A stretch of DNA of 64,000 nt from Antedon mediterranea (Eukaryota; Animalia; Echinodermata): NCBI RefSeq assembly GCF_964355755.1, contig NC_092672.1, positions 17,745,237-17,809,236 of the forward strand, in the 5' to 3' direction. A model generated the notes under the pieces. The model did no database searches. It saw only the letters and a list, made by a program, of their open reading frames with translations, and was not told the origin of the DNA. Below, piece after piece: positions 27,142 to 38,881 of this stretch (the first letter of the stretch is position 1; every line of letters begins with the position of its first letter). The position numbers and the translations under genes are program-made.

Positions 27142-28500
27142 GAGTAGTTAAATGACGTTTATAGGGCGTTAAGTATGAAACAATAGGTATTGTGTTTCGG
27201 GGTATACAATTATAACAGAAAGATAAGATATCAATAGAACCACGTGCAGGAGTTAATTAAAATTAAATAATAGGCCTACAGTTGTTAAAGGCCGACATGT
27301 CCTTCCTTCCGGAATTGTTAACATTCGGATTCATTGAATGTTGTCGTCATGATTAGTCATGTGCTATAGTGGTAATTTTAAAAAGGAGTACAGTAAAGAT
27401 GCACCTGGTTAATTAAAAGTTTTTGCTTGATCTACGCCGACATATTCCCAAGGCATAAGTCATTTTCTTCCGAATATTTAGGATTTTAAAATAAAGGTTA
27501 AGTATGTAAACTTAAGTAATGAAGGTGTTCTTATTAATCTTTACCGACATGTAGTACTTAGCCATCTGTTAACAATGGAGCTTCGCAATGAATGAATGGT
27601 CACGAATAGTCATGTAGTGGCGGTAAATTTTAAAAATTGGGTACAGTAAAGATGTACTTGGTTTAATTAAAACTAGTTAATAAAGTTGTTTTGGTGTTTT
27701 GTTTGAAATGTTACCATTCGGAATTAATGTTATGAAATAAAAACAAAAGAAGGACGCTTCTGATGTCATGCATAAATTAAATTTTGGTGTATAAATATGT
27801 GGGTCAAAAATTTAAACTCACAACGCACTAAACTCACTTCTACATGATTAAGAGAATTTAGTACAGTTTTTATCAGTATGAACTTCTACAAACCAACAGC
27901 TGATTACGCCGATTCTAAATTAGCTGATAAGGCTAAGGCTACTATGCAGCGAGTTATGAGAAAACGGTTTGATGATCTTGGATCGGACATTTTTTAAATT
28001 GAATGACATTGGGAAGGCTTCGACGCAATGTTCCGACAGGAAATACAACAATGACAATTGGCTGAAACAAATTTAGTAAATGCCGAATGTAATCCTTTGA
28101 CTGTATATAACTCTCGAATATTTTGTAATATTTACCTCATTCTACAACGCTACAGAGCTCGACAAGACAGACCAAAAACCAACAACTAGTTACTATGGGT
28201 TCCGTGATTGAAATCATTGATCTTACTATGGACTCTGATGTCGAAGAAGAAGTTATATATATAAGCAGTGATTCAGAATTTGAAGATGAAGACATACTAG
28301 CTATGACTGGTGCCTATTTTACAGCAGAGGAGGAGGAAGAGATGAGGGAAGAGATGGGGGATATGACGTGTTTAATGGCGATTCAACCCCCACCTCCAAT
28401 GAACGTTGATTTCAATAATGTATCTAATACTGAAGAAGACGAACATTATAGATCGAGAATAATTAAACTAAAATAAAATTAAACTAATTAAATAAACTAA
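27142..28500 (+). mobile_element. Possible Polinton/Maverick or virus-derived fragment
   Basis: Starts AGTAGT exactly where the Penelope RT breaks. Internal ~130-bp duplication (27290/27543), TATAAA at 27790, and two closely packed intronless ORFs. Confidence 0.35.
28195..28476 (+). CDS. 93-aa acidic protein with two SUMO-interacting-motif-like segments
   Basis: VIEIIDLT-MDSD and VIYISSDSEFEDED; open ATG-to-TAA frame with AATAAA overlapping the stop; protein-like composition. Confidence 0.5.
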   Translation: MGSVIEIIDLTMDSDVEEEVIYISSDSEFEDEDILAMTGAYFTAEEEEEMREEMGDMTCLMAIQPPPPMNVDFNNVSNTEEDEHYRSRIIKLK

Positions 28501-28511
28501 TTTTTCTTTTG

Positions 28512-29752
28512 CATTACGGATGGAGTAACCGATATTGAACTTATATACCAAGTTTGAAATATTTTTGATTCGATAAATATTTTTTCTAGAAGTTTTTGTA
28601 TGTGACTATTTCCCTGTGCTCCACTGGCGCCAAATTGGATCCACTGGAGCACAGTGTATTAACATACGAACATTTCTTTTGTAAAAAAAAAATACTCCTT
28701 GATTTCAATATATATTTCTTGGTATATTTTTAATTTAAGTTGCTTAATTTACAGGGAAAAAATCGAATTCCTAACCGTTTTTTTTTTGTTGTCAAAATCA
28801 TTATTAGAGTTGAACATAATATGTGTCGGAATTGTATGTTTTTTCATAAGTATTATCTTAAGCGAACTCAAGTTATTAAAATCACTATGTGGCTTGAAAC
28901 TATTTTTTCTTTTGGTTTACGGATGGAGTAACCGATATTGAAGATATATACCAAGTTTGAAATATTTTTAAATTCCAGAAGTATTTTTTCTCGATGTTTT
29001 TGTATGTGACTATTTCCCTGTGCTCCCATTGGTGCCAAATTGGGTCCACTTGAGCACAGTGTATTAACATACAAAAAGATATTAAAATTCAGTGACTTAT
29101 TTCTATTTATATCACTGTGCTCCACTGGCTCCATATTGGGTCCACTTCTTGAACACAGTGTATTAACATACGAAAAGATATTAAAAATCAGTTACTTTTT
29201 TTTTATTTTATGTCACTGTGCTCCACTCTGGCTCCAAATTGGGTCCACTTGAGCACAGTGTATTAAAATACGAAAAGATATTAAAATTCAGTGACTTATT
29301 TCTATTTTATATCAATGTGCTCCACACTGGCGCCAAATTAGGTCCACTTGAGCACAGTGTATTAACATACGAAAATATATTAACATTCAATGACTTATTT
29401 CTATATTTTATATCACTGTGCTCTCCTTTCGCCAAATTGGGTCCACTTGAGCACAGTGTATTAACATACGAAATGATATTAAAATTCAGTGACTTTTTTC
29501 TATTTTATATCACTGTGATCCACTGGCTCCAAATTGGGTCCACTTGAGCACAGTGTATTAACATACGAAAAGATATTAAAATTCAGTGACTTTTTTTCTA
29601 TTTTATATCACTGTGCTCCCCTTTCGCCAAATTGGGTCCACTTGAGCACAGTGTATTAACATACGAAATGATATTAAAATTCAGTGACTTATTTCTATTT
29701 TATATCACTGCGCTCCACTAGTGCTAAATTTGGTCCACTGGAGCAGCTACCG
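28512..29752. repeat. Tandem array, ~98-bp unit, 7-8 copies (29012-29752), plus a duplication at 28512/28917
   Basis: GAGCACAGTG (GAACACAGTG at 29151) at 29052, 29151, 29251, 29350, 29449, 29546 and 29644; hairpin CACTGTGCTC...GAGCACAGTG. Confidence 0.95.
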
Positions 29753-29873
29753 TAGTACTATTTCTATTTCGTAGGTAAATAAAGGCATATATGGCGCTCC
29801 GTAGAAGTAGAGAATGCTCGATCGTCGAAATGACTCTCTGAATATACCTCATAATAATATTCTTTGGTAGTAG

Positions 29874-30706
29874 CAAAGAATATATATCACAAGAATGAGT
29901 ATTCCGCGATTTTTGCATGAGCAATTTGTAACAGAGAGCTCCAGTGAGTGATGCCCGCCCTCGTAAGGGCGGATGTATACATACTAAATAAGACTTGATT
30001 ATACATGTCACATTAAATAGAATTATGATAATAGGTTTTGCAATTGTAAACTATTTTATAATACATACATATTTATTAACAAACTAGTGTACATTCACTT
30101 TTACAGACAATTATTTACTAACATGCTAAGTTAGTTCACAAAAAAAGGCCTAACACAGCAACACCAAAATCAACGAATCATTACTCAGCACGGCCTATTC
30201 TTTACCATTGCCGTGTACTACTCTACGCCCGGTAAATTAAGTATTGTTTTTATGATATAAATTAGTATAAAATACATGTTATTAATAGGACAAAATGTTA
30301 AATGTTATTAACATTTATTTGTTTTACCAGAAACAAGTTAAATATAGGAATATTATTAAACTATCCTTCGTGAAATCGCGTAAACAGCAACACGCCCGCC
30401 GGTCACGCTATCGTAGCGCCCGGTTGATAAAGCAAACTTTTTACACGGCAGTTTTTACTAAATAAATTGCATAAAACGAACAATTAAATATCCAAATAGT
30501 ATTTAACATGATGTTGGCATGTAGTTGATAACATTTTTTATCATGAAAATACTACCGGTGGTCCAGCCTTTGATTAGTGAAACAGTCACAAAAAGTTGTA
30601 TACATCCCAGATACATCCACACTTATGGCGGCGCCCTACCACATGGACAATATTACTGTTACAGGGAAAATCGCGGATTACTCATTCTTGTGATATATAT
30701 TCTTTG
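29874..30706. mobile_element. Non-autonomous P-superfamily element
   Basis: 40-bp TIRs CAAAGAATATATATCACAAGAATGAGTA(T/A)TCCGCGATTTT (1 mismatch) and a perfect 7-bp TSD GTAGTAG. Confidence 0.85.
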
Positions 30707-30840
30707 GTAGTAGTTACGACGACGTTACGTGTGGAGCCTAAACACTAAGCCATGCCGGAATATTAATTATTTCATTCCATGTGCCTATTAATTATTGTTA
30801 TTATTTGCAAAGTAGAGAGTGGACCTCGGAGGCTGAAAAT
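30707..30840. promoter_or_regulatory. Probable UTP3 promoter / 5' UTR remnant
   Basis: Non-repetitive, CpG-containing 134 bp (GACGTTACGT, GCCGGAA) between the P-like element end and the probable UTP3 ATG. Confidence 0.45.
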
Positions 30841-30857
30841 ATGAAGAAAAAGGGGCG
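30841..30857 (+). CDS. UTP3: Probable UTP3 coding exon 1 (MKKKGR, 17 nt)
   Basis: ATG AAG AAA AAG GGG CG|GTACTT. The phase 2 end completes CGA with the first base of the 50556 exon. It lies in a CpG-containing promoter-like zone and gives a basic N-terminus as in SAS10 proteins. The exon is short, so this is inferred. Confidence 0.6.
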
Positions 30858-31764
30858 GTACTTACTTTTATAAATTATATAAACATTTGTTACTATCTAC
30901 TCTCTAGCCTACTAGGCTAGAGAGTAGTTAGTAGTAGCCTACTAGCTAGGCCTCACTCAGGAGGCCCTCTAACTAGCTAGCTAGGCCGGGTAGGCCTGTA
31001 GGCGTGGCTACCTAGGCCTAGTAGGCTATACTAGCGTAGGCCTAGGCCTAGTACGACGGTGTCTGATCATTTCGGCCGCCAGTTATGAAATTGCCAAATT
31101 CATGAAACGCCAAAAAGCTATGTATGTATGACACGCCATGTGTGGTAAAATGTTAATATTTTACTAATTATACTGCAAACGTTGCACTCTAACGTTATAT
31201 ATAATGTAAGATTGTTTATTAAACCTAATATTAGGGATAACGATGCAAAATTAAAAGTTGTTATTTTTCAACCAATTTAAACATATGTTAGTATTTTGTT
31301 TCAATATTCCAATAAAGAAAGAATTACGAAAATCTGACTTGTAGTTTTCGAAATATAGGGTCTAAAACATCGCCGAAAATGATTGTTTTTGGCCACGAAC
31401 GTTGTAAACAAATTGCGCCCTCAGTCGACAATTGTATGAACCACATCGTTTTTCGCTAAAATAATTACATATAACGTTTTATAGTAATTTATTTTATATA
31501 TCAACATTGGAAATATCAATAAAATATGTTATTAAATGTTTACAACATAATATTAAGTTGTTTATTTAACGGAATTCGTACAAATTCATTGCTCTAAATT
31601 TGTGTAGTAACGATCAGTACAGACAGACCATGTGACTTCGCGGTACACGCGAGAGAAAACATTCCGCTGTGAGTGATTCGCGTCAACCAATCAAATAGCC
31701 AGGATCCAAAATGATGCAACCGTGAGCTCTGCCGATTGCGGGAAATCTCAGCTTTGATTGGCTT

Positions 31765-32045
31765 ACGATGACATCATATCACAAAATTTAATTTTTGTAG
31801 TTGAGCCTCACGTAATTTTCACAATTTTATTTAAAAAGTGAAATAATGGACCTTTATGGTATGTGTGATTTTTCTCTAAAAGATTTGAATAATAAAGGCT
31901 TCATATCGAGAAAAAAACGTTTTTTGGCACTTATAATAAATATTTCTCAGAGAAAAAAGCACATGGCATGTAGAACTATATTATCTTGGCATAGGAAGAC
32001 AAACAAATCCCAGGTCATGAGAGGCTCAACTACAAAAACAAGGTT
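31765..32045 (+). repeat. Dispersed repeat with internal inverted repeat; second copy ~37005-37295
   Basis: GT(A/G)GTTGAGCCTC...TTATCTTGGC.TAGGAA.ACAAA...GAGAGGCTCAAC(T/C)AC occurs in both copies. Confidence 0.7.
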
Positions 32046-32159
32046 GAATAGGGTCACTGGTTTTTGAGTAAACAATCTACCGCGTACGCGCTAGACAGTA
32101 CGATATTTTAACCACATTTTTTACATGTTTGGTTGAATGTAATGACGATAAACAATATA

Positions 32160-33455
32160 GACTGCAGCCATATAGATGGCTGCAGTCGCGTGCTCATTAG
32201 TGTTTACCGACCAACCTACCAACTGACCAAAATTACTGAACATGTTTAAAAATGTTGAAATGTTTAAAAACATTTATATTTTTTTAATTTACACGTGCGT
32301 AGCCTGTCACTTTTGACGTGCTCGTATAACATAATTTCGAGTTGAAAGTAAGTCAAGAAAACAGAGATCGGGCAAAAAGAGTGCGCAAAAATCTGCGCAC
32401 TCATGGCAATTTTGTAAACGCTTAAAATTGCCTGAAACGTACTCTTATTTCATCGAAAATAAATTTTGAAAATGTTAAGCGCGCATACGCATGCGTTACA
32501 TGCGCTACACACGTAATTGTATTGCCATATGATGATTTATGCCCTGAAATGTATGAGTACCAAATTTTATTTACCGTACTGACGCGGGTATAAGCCCACC
32601 CCCCTCGAACATGAAATCACGTCAAGTTTGGGGGGTGGGCTTATACCCGAGGATCCAAAAATGCAGATCGTCAAAAACAGCACATGTACACTGTGTATTC
32701 CACCATGCGAGCGAGCGCCCTCACGTGTACGACGTTGCCTCTAAATACACGAGGTGTAGAGTGTCGGAAAATTAGTTCGTGTAATTTATCGTAGAATATC
32801 TTATTTTAAACATCAATTTAACAAGAATTTATCAAGCAGAAAAGCAAGTATACAATTTTCGTTAAATAGAAATGTACCAAAGAAATTTAATAAGCTTGTT
32901 TATGGCAGCCGATACCAAATAGTGGTTTTCCGTTTTGGCGACTTGTAGCGTCGTGTGTGAAGCGATCTTCGACCGCGATGGAGTGTAAACAAAACAGGAC
33001 CGCTAGGCCTCATATGGCCTAGCGTATATTAGCCTAGCTTGGTTATGATCAAAGGTAGGTATATTCGGTGTATGGACGTCGCCAAATGCAAAATAATGTA
33101 TTACGACACACACTGTAGATCTTCGAATTAATGGGTGGGCTTATACCCGAGTGCCTCATTTTTCATGAAAATTAGTCAAAAGTCGGGGGTGGGCTTATAC
33201 CCGAGTATGGGCTTATACCCGCGTCAGTACGGTAATTGTGATTCATGGTTGTGAAGATATGATTACAAACGTGATTTTGTTAAATCGTGCGTACACCGCG
33301 TAATTTTTTATTGCGCACCGTGAAAACGTAACCACATCGATTCCTGGCCATAAGGGAATATACTGTGAAAAATTGACTTAGCTAAATTAAACTGATATCA
33401 AGATAAGGTCAGAAAGCGATAAAACGCATAGTGATACCAGACCGACCGACCGACA
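32160..33455 (-). mobile_element. HINE family B copy
   Basis: Reverse-complement match to 17815-18115, with (CCGA)n at 33441; interrupted by a MITE. Confidence 0.85.
32574..33232. mobile_element. Tc1/mariner (pogo/Tc2-like) MITE
   Basis: Perfect 25-bp TIR CCGTACTGACGCGGGTATAAGCCCA, TA TSD, repeated GGGTGGGCTTATACCCG motif. Confidence 0.9.
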
Positions 33456-36400
33456 TTTTTCTCTTTCTTTTCTCTAATCTTCTCTACACTTTGTTTTCCA
33501 ATTTCTCTAATGTTCCTACTTATTTAACACGTCTCCTCCCTGCTTCTCCGCTTTTCAGCTCCAATCTCTCCCTCCTTTTTAACGCAGCTCGAGGTAACCC
33601 TCCATTGCCTTCCTTCTCCAATCCCTCTCTGAACTTTTTCTCACGTCCGTTCTCTGCTACTCTTCCTGCCTAACTCTGCCTCCATCTGCCGCCCTCTATC
33701 TATTTCTTCAACCCCAAAATCATTACAATAGGTAAATAAATAAATACTCAAAAGAATTATGTTTACAGTTCAATTATTTTCAGAATAATACTACATAAAA
33801 ATGTGTTTACCAATGGACAAATAATCGCGTCAGTTGAGTTGAAATCGTGGCAATAACAATGGAGTCCACTCTCGGTAACCCTACTAATATTTTTTTTATT
33901 TTACAGTGTGTCAAGAAGTATATGTCCTTTTTGAAAATAAAGTGGTTTTGGGTTTTTCGTTTTATTTTGCAAATGGTATTATTAAATTTCGGAAATTAAT
34001 TTAGATATTTATTAATTATTTACCAGTAATAGTATTAATACTAGTACAGTATTATTCTTTCTGTGCCGCGCCTATCAATCTAATCTTTTTGCAATTTATG
34101 CGATATACGATTCATACGTATGTACCATCACTGTCAAACAGATACCGGTAACTTTTTTTACGTTTGGGATAAATACATGTAAACTCAACTTCTTAAAAGA
34201 TGAAACAAATAACAATTGAAAAAAAGGGAAATATTGTGAGCCTCGTTTGGGGTATGTATAAATAATATTAATATGCAGTTCTAAATAAGAAAAGTATAAT
34301 ACGCATACGATATAGAATATAGTGGACAAATCAAAACATTAAAACTAGTGTCTCTTATAAATACTTGGTATTTATCAGCTACTTGTTGTGAATGATTACG
34401 GTAAGAAGACACTAGCCTAAATTAAGCCTTATACATTCCAACTGTTATACACCTTTGCCGGCAGGATTGTCCGCTTTTCGATACATTAAAAACAATCTCA
34501 TTTGCCCACTGATAAAAAGTATAGCTTTTGTTTTATATAGAAAAAAACGTCACCATTTACATAAAAGGGGAAATCCCGGGTTTTTTGGTTTTAGCGGCAG
34601 CGCGTGCATGGCATGCGTGCAGCTCAATACGGCCGTTTCCGCAGCCAAAACAAAATATCGGTTAATTTTCAAAGGTTAAAAATTATCGCATTTATCCGAT
34701 AATTATCTGATTTGAATGAGAAAAAATAGGAATCTCCGCATAATTGATCGAACCCTCTTCCTTGGATGTTTGGTCAAACAAATAAACAATGCATCGCGTG
34801 TCATCTCATGTTTATTGAAATTTAATATGCAAAAGGAATACCACATTATATAAAAAAGATACGTCTACTTGTTTAGCGCATAGTAACTGTTTAGCGTTGG
34901 ATTTTTAGCCCGCCTTTGTTTTTTTAAACAAATATTTTATGATGAAATGCGTCCGACAATGACAAAGAAAAATGCCCTCAGATATGTACGGTTATCATTA
35001 GCGGCGGTTTTAAAGATCATTTGTGTCTACTAAGTAAGGTATTAAAACCAAGGCACATAGGGCAATTATAAGTGAAACTTCCCTTATCGCAAAGCTATCA
35101 TTTGTTTTAATAAGAAGGTGGTGATGCTGATGAAGTTTTTTTATGTGCCAGTCAAAAACACTTTTATTCGTATGTTTTACATTTATTATATTCATAAAGA
35201 AACACATTTTCACAAAGCACACTCATCTTCGGGACCTGTAAAATTAAAAAAATTAAATTTAAGCAATATTCCTTTTGCCCAAAATATTCAGACGGTAAAA
35301 TAATATAACAATTCAGGCATCAATAGTTCAGTTGCCATGTTTGTATGTATGTATGTACACCCTGTATTTTTGTTACTTTTATGTGTATTTTAAGGGTGAT
35401 GTGGATAGAGGTGCTTGTCACCTGTTCATCCCTTCCTTTTTGTTATGTGTTTATGTATTCAGTGATCAAGTTTAATAATTAAATAACTTTAAATCTATAC
35501 ATTACAAATGGCAAAAAGAAATTTATTTAGTCCATTGCACAACTGATCTCTGGTTTAAATGACCATAGTTCTCTGTAGCGTTCGATAGACTTGGTAAAGT
35601 TATTTTTTTCATATTTTTCTAGGGATTAAAATGACCTGCGACCAGGCAAATTCGAATAGCCATATCGATAGTCAAATTTGTCATTGTTCTTGTAACATTA
35701 GATTTATTATCCATAGAACTGTTTAATCCGACATTAGATCGAACCTGATCTTAATTTTCACGTTTATGGGTCTTAAACAACCGACGACTATTGGAAATAA
35801 CCTTTTTGGATTTTATTAATTACATGTATGTTTTGTTCAATATTTGGTAAAGTTTTTCTCTTTAAAATTTGTTTGCTTAATTATTATTATTATTAGTACT
35901 ACAGGTAACTCCGCCGTAATTCACGAAATATTTGACAACATGTTACGATGTATACTATATCACCATTCTTTTTACTCTACTTTACTTGTGTTTTTCAATC
36001 TATACTCTATTCTCAATGATTAATGAAAACTTATTTTAATTATTGCATGTTTTAAAACTTTTATTTTTTTATATTCCGTATACTTGCGTACAGTAATATA
36101 TTGCATGTTGATGACGGACTTTTCATGACATTTATTTTTAATGAATACTAATAGAAGTAGTAATATATTATCATCATTAGGTTAATGCATTATCATGCTT
36201 AGTAGCTCCTTGTAAACTGTCCTGTTTTTTTTTTCTGTATTATTAGGCTATCGCTCTCTGTAGAGCCTTTCTGCTCATTTTTTGCTAGTTATATTTTGAT
36301 TTTGGAATGATATTTCATTCCCTTTTACTTGATATTATTTGATTTTATTTTTTAAATTTAATTAGCACTGCATACCGTTTTAATAATGTTCACATTTAAT

Positions 36401-36596
36401 ACTTAATTACTTAATTTCCTTTACAGTATATTACAATTATGTTTTATTTTTTTATACAAAGTGGGACACTTCTTTGGTAGAGAGGGAATAATGTAACACT
36501 CTGACCATCATATATAATATGGATGTACTGGTAAGAGGAGGAAGGAGGATAAAACGTTTATAATAGAGAGAATAATATGTTTATAATAGAGAGAAT

Positions 36597-38881
36597 CAGG
36601 GGTTTCATTAGTAGCCGGCAACCGGCGCATTCGACCGTCTAATTTGACATTTTCGCCGGCTACTTTCTGTCTACCTAGGCCTACACGGCCTAGCCTAGGC
36701 TAGCTCCCGGCGCGAGTACTTTTATTAATCAAGAACAATACGTACGTGTTTGTTGTATTTATTACGTTCTCGCGACGACACAATGATGATGGATTAAAAT
36801 AGGATTGTAATTAAATATTTTTAATCAATTATTTTACCATGTAATCTGTACACGAAAGGGACCTAAAACTCCCTGACCTATCTATGGAATTTTCCTTTGA
36901 AACTTTTGCACTGTGTGTGTGTAGCATGCGTTTCCGAGGCATTGTTAGAATCCTTCAACCGTGACGACCTACCCGTCAACGGCGAATACACCAATGCGAT
37001 TCGCTTAAAATGACATCATATGATGTACTGATATTAATTTTCTGTGGTTGAGCCTCTCAGAATTTCACGAAAATTCTTTTAAACATGTAAAAATTAGATA
37101 TTTTTTATGATATATACGATTTATCTATAAACAACTCGAATTATAAACTACCTAATATTTCGAGAAAATAAAACATTTTTAGCACTTAGAATTTTTTTTT
37201 ATAGATTTAAATGAACATAACATGTAGAACTATAATATTATCTTGGCGTAGGAAAACAAATTTTAATTTGTGAGAGGCTCAACCACGCTGAAGGTATAGT
37301 GGGGGAAGTCCCCTCCTGGACCGCATGTAGCCGTTTTGCGTTGAAAATTGTTGTACGGGCTTGTGTGGTTCGTGTCGTTAACTGTATCATATAGTTAATA
37401 TGATGCATTGGAAATCAAACTTTTATGATCTTTTAGATTAATAATTAGACACCAAAGTCATTTTCTCATAGTATATTTATTCTCAGAGTAATTGATAATC
37501 AAAAATTGTTTACTAGGCCTAGTGAAGAAAAATAGCACGTCAAAGAAATCGCGCGCATAGTAACGTATCGTAGTTGAATCGTGGAAAGCAAAATACTGCT
37601 CTGGGACGCGTGCCTCTCCGACTCCCTAATAATAGACCTAGCCTAGGCCCTATATTATTATTATTAATAATATATAATATTATTATTGAACTTCCTAACG
37701 TCATAAAATAAGGAATCACGCATTTTAAATTAATAAAGTACATAACAAATGGGAGTAAAATAATTGCTAAATACGTCGAGCCAAAAAAGTTTCGTGCCTT
37801 TATATGTTGTTATTGTTATGCTATTTTTTTGTAATTAGTATTTTTTTGAAAACACAAATATGCAGGTTTTTTTTCTCAAATATTTAATATACATAAATGC
37901 AATAAAAATAAATATATTTATTTCAAATTAAGCATATATTTATGTGTCTGTAAACTAGTTTATTACCTATATAGCTCTAGAAAGCCAGAGCTTCCAGGGG
38001 CCCCTGGACGGGTATTGCTAAACACCGCAAACCCCGCAAACCTCCAAAAAAATATAGCAAACCCCACCGAACCAACATAAAAGTGATTGAATCATGTAGT
38101 GTACAACCCACTGGGTATATCCATGTAAAAAAAAATATTAAATTTCTACTGTTAACAACTTATTTTTGGGGTAAAACATCATTTTTTGGTCAAAAATGAT
38201 TGCTAAACCCCGCAAACCTCCAAAAAACCATAGCAAACCCCACCCAACCAACATAAAAGTGATTGAATAATGTAGTGTATGATCCACTGGGTATATAAAA
38301 TATTAAATTTCTACTGTTAACTACTTTTTTGGGGATAAAACATCATTTTTTGGTTAAAAAATAGCAATAATTTTTGACCAAAAAATGATGTTTTACCCCA
38401 AAAATAAGTAGTTAACAGTAGAAATTAAATTTTTTTTTTTACATGGATATACCCAGTGGGTTGTACACTACATGATTCAATCACTTTTATGTTGGTTCGG
38501 TGGGGTTTGCTATATTTTTTTGGAGGTTTGCGGGGTTTAGCAATCATTTTTTACCAAAAAATGATGTTTTAACCCAAAAATAAGTTGTTAACAGTAGAAA
38601 TTTAATATTTTTTTACATGGATATACCCAGTGGGTTGTACACTACATGATTCAATCACTTTTATGTTGGTTCGGTGGGGTTTGCTATGTTTTTTTGGAGG
38701 TTTGCGGGGGTTTGCGGTGTTTAGCAATACCCCCCTGGACCCCGACCGGGGCCCCTTGGCAGCCCCCAGGCCCCCAGCCAATGGTTGTTCGCTTCGCTCA
38801 CAAAGTTATCTATTTATGACTTCAAAATTCTCCTGTTACTTTTTTTTTCTCCTCCTACTTAAAACCTTAATGCAACCCCTG
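36597..38881. mobile_element. hAT-like non-autonomous element
   Basis: TIR CAGGGGTT(T/G)CATTA, flanked by GAGAAT on both sides within a short TTTATAATAGAGAGAA repeat. Confidence 0.75.
38010..38732. mobile_element. Foldback/MULE-like palindromic element
   Basis: The whole 723 bp is a near-perfect inverted repeat (GGGTATTGCTAAACACCGCAAACCCC...), with two ~180-bp units per arm and TSD CCCTGGAC. Confidence 0.9.

Noticed and set aside
21001-29547. Repetitive ORFs in the satellites (e.g. FITVLKYTKMT, LGPLEHSVLTY)
   Set aside because: Translations of tandem DNA units, with frames broken between units.
29012-29752. Paired CACAGTG/CACTGTG heptamers resembling V(D)J recombination signals or RAG/Transib ends
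   Set aside because: No ACAAAAACC-like nonamer at 12 or 23 bp in either direction (the best, ACAAAAAGA, is at 9 bp in one unit), and no RAG/Transib coding sequence in the window.
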